A stretch of DNA of 64,000 nt, from NCBI GenBank assembly GCA_002269645.1, contig NIVC01000517.1, positions 89,043-153,042 on the forward strand. The letters run 5' to 3'. Every line of letters starts with the position of its first letter. Positions within the stretch are counted from its first letter, which is position 1. A program made the translations under genes and the position numbers. The notes beneath the pieces were generated by a model. It searched no databases. It was not told the DNA's origin and saw nothing but the letters and a program-made list of their open reading frames with translations. This DNA comes from Macrostomum lignano. Taxonomy: Eukaryota. Below are positions 60,946 through 64,000 of this stretch, in pieces.

Positions 60946-62402
60946 TGAGATGAGCACAAGTGTACACCTAGAATACTCTAAGGAGGGCACTGGCACCATG
61001 ATTGGCAAGTTGCTTATTTAGGATTGGTTTACACAATTTTATATACAGGGCTTCAATTTCAATGCTCTGGTGACCAGAGTATCACCTACATAGGTGAAAC
61101 TACCTGACACCTATACATGAGAAGTAGCTAGAACATAGGCAAAAGATGTCGGCCATGCATAACCACCTGATGATAGAACCCCATCAGAGCATTTAATAAG
61201 TATTTAAATGTGAAGCTCATGGTCACTTTCTGTTGCAAGAAAATTGGTCGCTTTGTTAAGAATTTGAAATACTGCATTCCCAACTCCTTACGGGCAGGTG
61301 TCATTTACCAATTTCAATGCTCTGGCAACCAGAGTATTACCTACATAGGTGAAACTTCCCAACACTTATACGTGAGAAGTAGAGAACATAGGCAAAAGAT
61401 TTTGGCCGTGCATGACCACCTGATGATATGCAAAGAATGCTGTGACAGCCAAATAGATAAAAACTTTTCTACCATCCATATATGCTCAAATGAGTACAGA
61501 CTAAAAGTGCTTGAAGCCCTGTATATAAAATCGCGTAAACCAATCCTAGATAAGCAACTTGCTAATCACAGTGCTAGTGCCCTCCTTAGAATATTCTAGG
61601 TGTACACTTGTGCTCATCTTACTCTCTTTCTCTCTCTCTTTCTCTCCCCTCATTGGAACGCTGTGAGCGCTCAGTTGGACTATACAACCTACTATTAATT
61701 TATATACATTTCTGACTTTTATCAACCCATTCTTAGTCTTAATTGTTAAATATTAATGAACAAATAAATTGTTACTAATTTTAAGAGCCTGATGATGCCT
61801 GACGCGAGGCAAAAAATCTCACATAAAAAATAATAGCGCTCACCTTCTTAATTCTATTTTTTCTCAGATGCGCAACTTTACCACAGTCCTTAATTTCTAT
61901 CTAACAAATCTTATACTCTTAGCTAAAATATTGACTATACTTTGGTCTTGGTCAATTGCAATAGAAAATAGGCCTATATTCCATTTTAGCAATAAGGTAA
62001 GGAAATAGAGTGGGATTATAAAAAAACTTAACAAATAAAATAATAAATTAGAAAAATATTTATTATTATTAATGCTAGGCCTACTAACTGACTAAGCCAA
62101 TAAAAATGCTATTGGACATAAAAAAAAATTGATTTATTTCATTTTTAGCAATCTAATTCCAACAAATATAACTATTACAAATATGAAATATTATAAAAAG
62201 GAAAAATTGAAATTACTATAATACAACAATTAGTTATGGACCTAACTAAAACATAGGGGCTTATATGCACAGGCCTAACTTACCTATAGTAAGATAGCAG
62301 TCCATTCTGAAGAACAAACCACCGCTTTTGGTAGCCACGAATGTAGTTGGTCCATTTATATAGCCAGCCTTTGTATTGGTCGCGATTCCCTGCATCGCTC
62401 AT
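49837..62402 (-). CDS. OSBP: Oxysterol-binding protein (PH + FFAT + ORD), ~828 aa, 9 coding exons
   Basis: Phase-consistent exons 62284-62402, 56970-57175, 56588-56853, 55729-55954, 54885-55213, 53328-53816, 52398-52656, 51352-51801, 49837-49979. [29 protein letters not shown] (FFAT), [30 protein letters not shown]. Confidence 0.97.
49984..50150. repeat. 67-bp tandem duplication covering the last OSBP 3' splice site
   Basis: GGGTTA at 49984, 50051 and 50118. Confidence 0.9.
50705..51320. repeat. 37-bp minisatellite (ATAAGATAGATTAGCCATCCGCTTCCACTGAAACTCA) in OSBP intron
   Basis: Period 37 (50761, 50798). Confidence 0.97.
52050..52262 (-). mobile_element. tRNA-derived SINE, same family as 49225-49478
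   Basis: TAGCCTAGTGGTTAGAGCG..GGTTCGATTC..TGTGTCCTTGAACAATACACTTAACTC..CCAGCTGTAAAATGGGTGCC. Confidence 0.82.
53035..53200. repeat. ~20-bp degenerate minisatellite (CTAGTTGCTAGGGACGCTAA) in OSBP intron
   Basis: About 8 imperfect units. Confidence 0.8.
54105..54765. repeat. Purine-rich composite minisatellite (GGGAGAAGGGCGATTCTC / GAAGAGAGATTCTATGA) in OSBP intron
   Basis: Mixed ~20-bp units. Confidence 0.93.
55228..55625. repeat. 21-bp minisatellite (GATTCTCAGGGTGAGATGGGC) in OSBP intron
   Basis: Tandem units visible directly. Confidence 0.93.
56075..56490. repeat. 23-bp minisatellite (CAGGGCGGATTGTGGACGAATCT) in OSBP intron
   Basis: Period 23 (56101, 56124). Confidence 0.94.
60700..61858 (+). 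mobile_element. 5'-truncated Penelope-like element: GIY-YIG endonuclease 3' end flanked by inverted copies of its terminus
   Basis: ORF 61210-61599 [44 protein letters not shown]. 60700-61060 is the reverse complement of ~61511-61858. Hammerhead-like core CTGA(C/T)GATGCCTGACG(C/T)GAGGC(G/A)AAA in both arms. Confidence 0.88.
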
Positions 62403-64000
62403 TGTGCCTGCAGGTTTGTATAGGACTGTAAGTGTAGAGTTCGATGAAGATAGTGTTAGTGAAATTTTTACTTCGTGGGAAACTAGTGTCTAGTTGAAAT
62501 TTAATGCTAAAGAGATGCCACTATTGATTAAGGGTTATATTTTTATCCTTGACCTTGAGAATAACTTAGTTAGGCCTAAGCCTAATAATAATATGTTACT
62601 TGGTAAACAGGATCACAATGTACTAATGCCATAGGAAAATTTTCCTAGAAAACTACAATCCAGAAACAACTTTTTATTATCAGCTTAGTTTTTGTTAGCT
62701 TTTAAGCTTAAACGAAGACTTTAGATTGAAGTTCTCACTGTGAATTCGTTGATTCGCATTTTAAGGCAGGATGATGCAGAATAAATTGAAAAAGTCGTGA
62801 TTTCTTTTACAAATAAATGAAATTATACTAAAAAGTAAGTTAAAAAGCAATTTTTATTAAGTGAATTAAACAAATATAGCATTCAGTGACAGAAGTGTAT
62901 AATGCTTATTTGCTTTTGTTTTAATTTTTAAAAATCGCAAAAAACAGTAGCTCGGAATTCCAAACGCCAAGCCTAGCTAATAATATTATTTTTGGACTTC
63001 TTAATCTTTTCTAGGTTCATGAATTTAAGCGATATTAGACGATGGAATTTAATTGATGATACTTTTTATAATAAATTGGTTAAATGCAAACATTTAATAA
63101 ACTTGCGAATGTTTTTGATTTTATCGTAAGATTGTTGAAGGTACGCAAATTTATTTATTTGTTTATTTATCTTCAAAATTTATAAAAAATTATTTTGTAC
63201 TTTTGTCAGAATAAGAACAAAAAACAGATTGAAAAATCCAAGAATGAAATAACCACATAGGAGTTAATTTTACTTTAATAGGTGATTACAACAATTTAGA
63301 GATTTCAATTGCAGAAAAGTGGACACATTTGGACGGATTTACGAGTAGTTAGCCGTTCTATTAATACTAAATATATAAAATAAGCCGACAGTTAGAAATA
63401 AAATCATCTGCACTTCAACTCTTCAAAAAATCAATTTTAAACCAAATTATCTTTAGAAATTTACAACTTGATCTTGATCAAAGAAACAAGCACTACGGCA
63501 ACAGCTCAGAATTGTGACTGCCTATTAATTTAAATATACTAAATTTCTAATATTTGTATGTCCATAACGCTCTAGAGAGAGCAATTCTTGACCAACTTTG
63601 ATCGCGTTTTCGCCAAAATAAACTTTCTAAACTTACTTAACTGGATCTTTGACTAAGTCTGAATCTGTTGAAAGTACAAATCAATAGGAGCTGTTTTCAA
63701 TAACAATGCAAAAACTGCTGACCTAGCTTGTACACAGGACTTAAAAACCCATCAAATGGAATGTATAATTTTATTTAAACTGCAGTTGCCACGAAATTAA
63801 ACAAATCAGACGTTAAGTAAGCTATTTTTAGATCAATTGACTTGAGGAAAAACGGTAACGGACATGTTAAACATTAAATTCGTAGTCACTTATATTCAAG
63901 ATAGTTCATAAGTTTAAAGAAGTATTTTTTCAGTACTTCTGTGCTTAAAAATCAGCTGTCTGCTACTCCAGCTGTCGAGCAAAGCTGACATTGATTCCTT

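Overview
Eukaryotic (animal) genomic DNA. Intron-filling minisatellites, tRNA-SINEs and the gene set suggest a free-living flatworm such as Macrostomum, but this is inference. Housekeeping genes occupy both ends: Nup160 (minus, 9920 to beyond base 1), and PSMB7 plus OSBP (minus, 46.5-62.4 kb). Their exons were reconstructed with phase-consistent splice sites. Between them (about 10-41 kb) lies a TE-dense accessory island. It holds two small secreted Cys-rich protein genes flanking an RT/RNaseH-deleted Gypsy LTR element, an ankyrin-repeat + Mab-21/cGAS-like nucleotidyltransferase gene with a decayed paralog fragment, and several MITEs. It also holds a defective piggyBac, two diverged and decayed copies of an intronless LOTUS (OST-HTH) + pseudokinase-like gene, each trailed by a Penelope-type hammerhead-ribozyme terminus, and a coiled-coil + Death-domain gene. 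An intronless rhodopsin-family GPCR follows at 41-42 kb. Most long repetitive ORFs in the supplied track are minisatellite artefacts. All homology calls are by motif recognition from memory; no searches were run.
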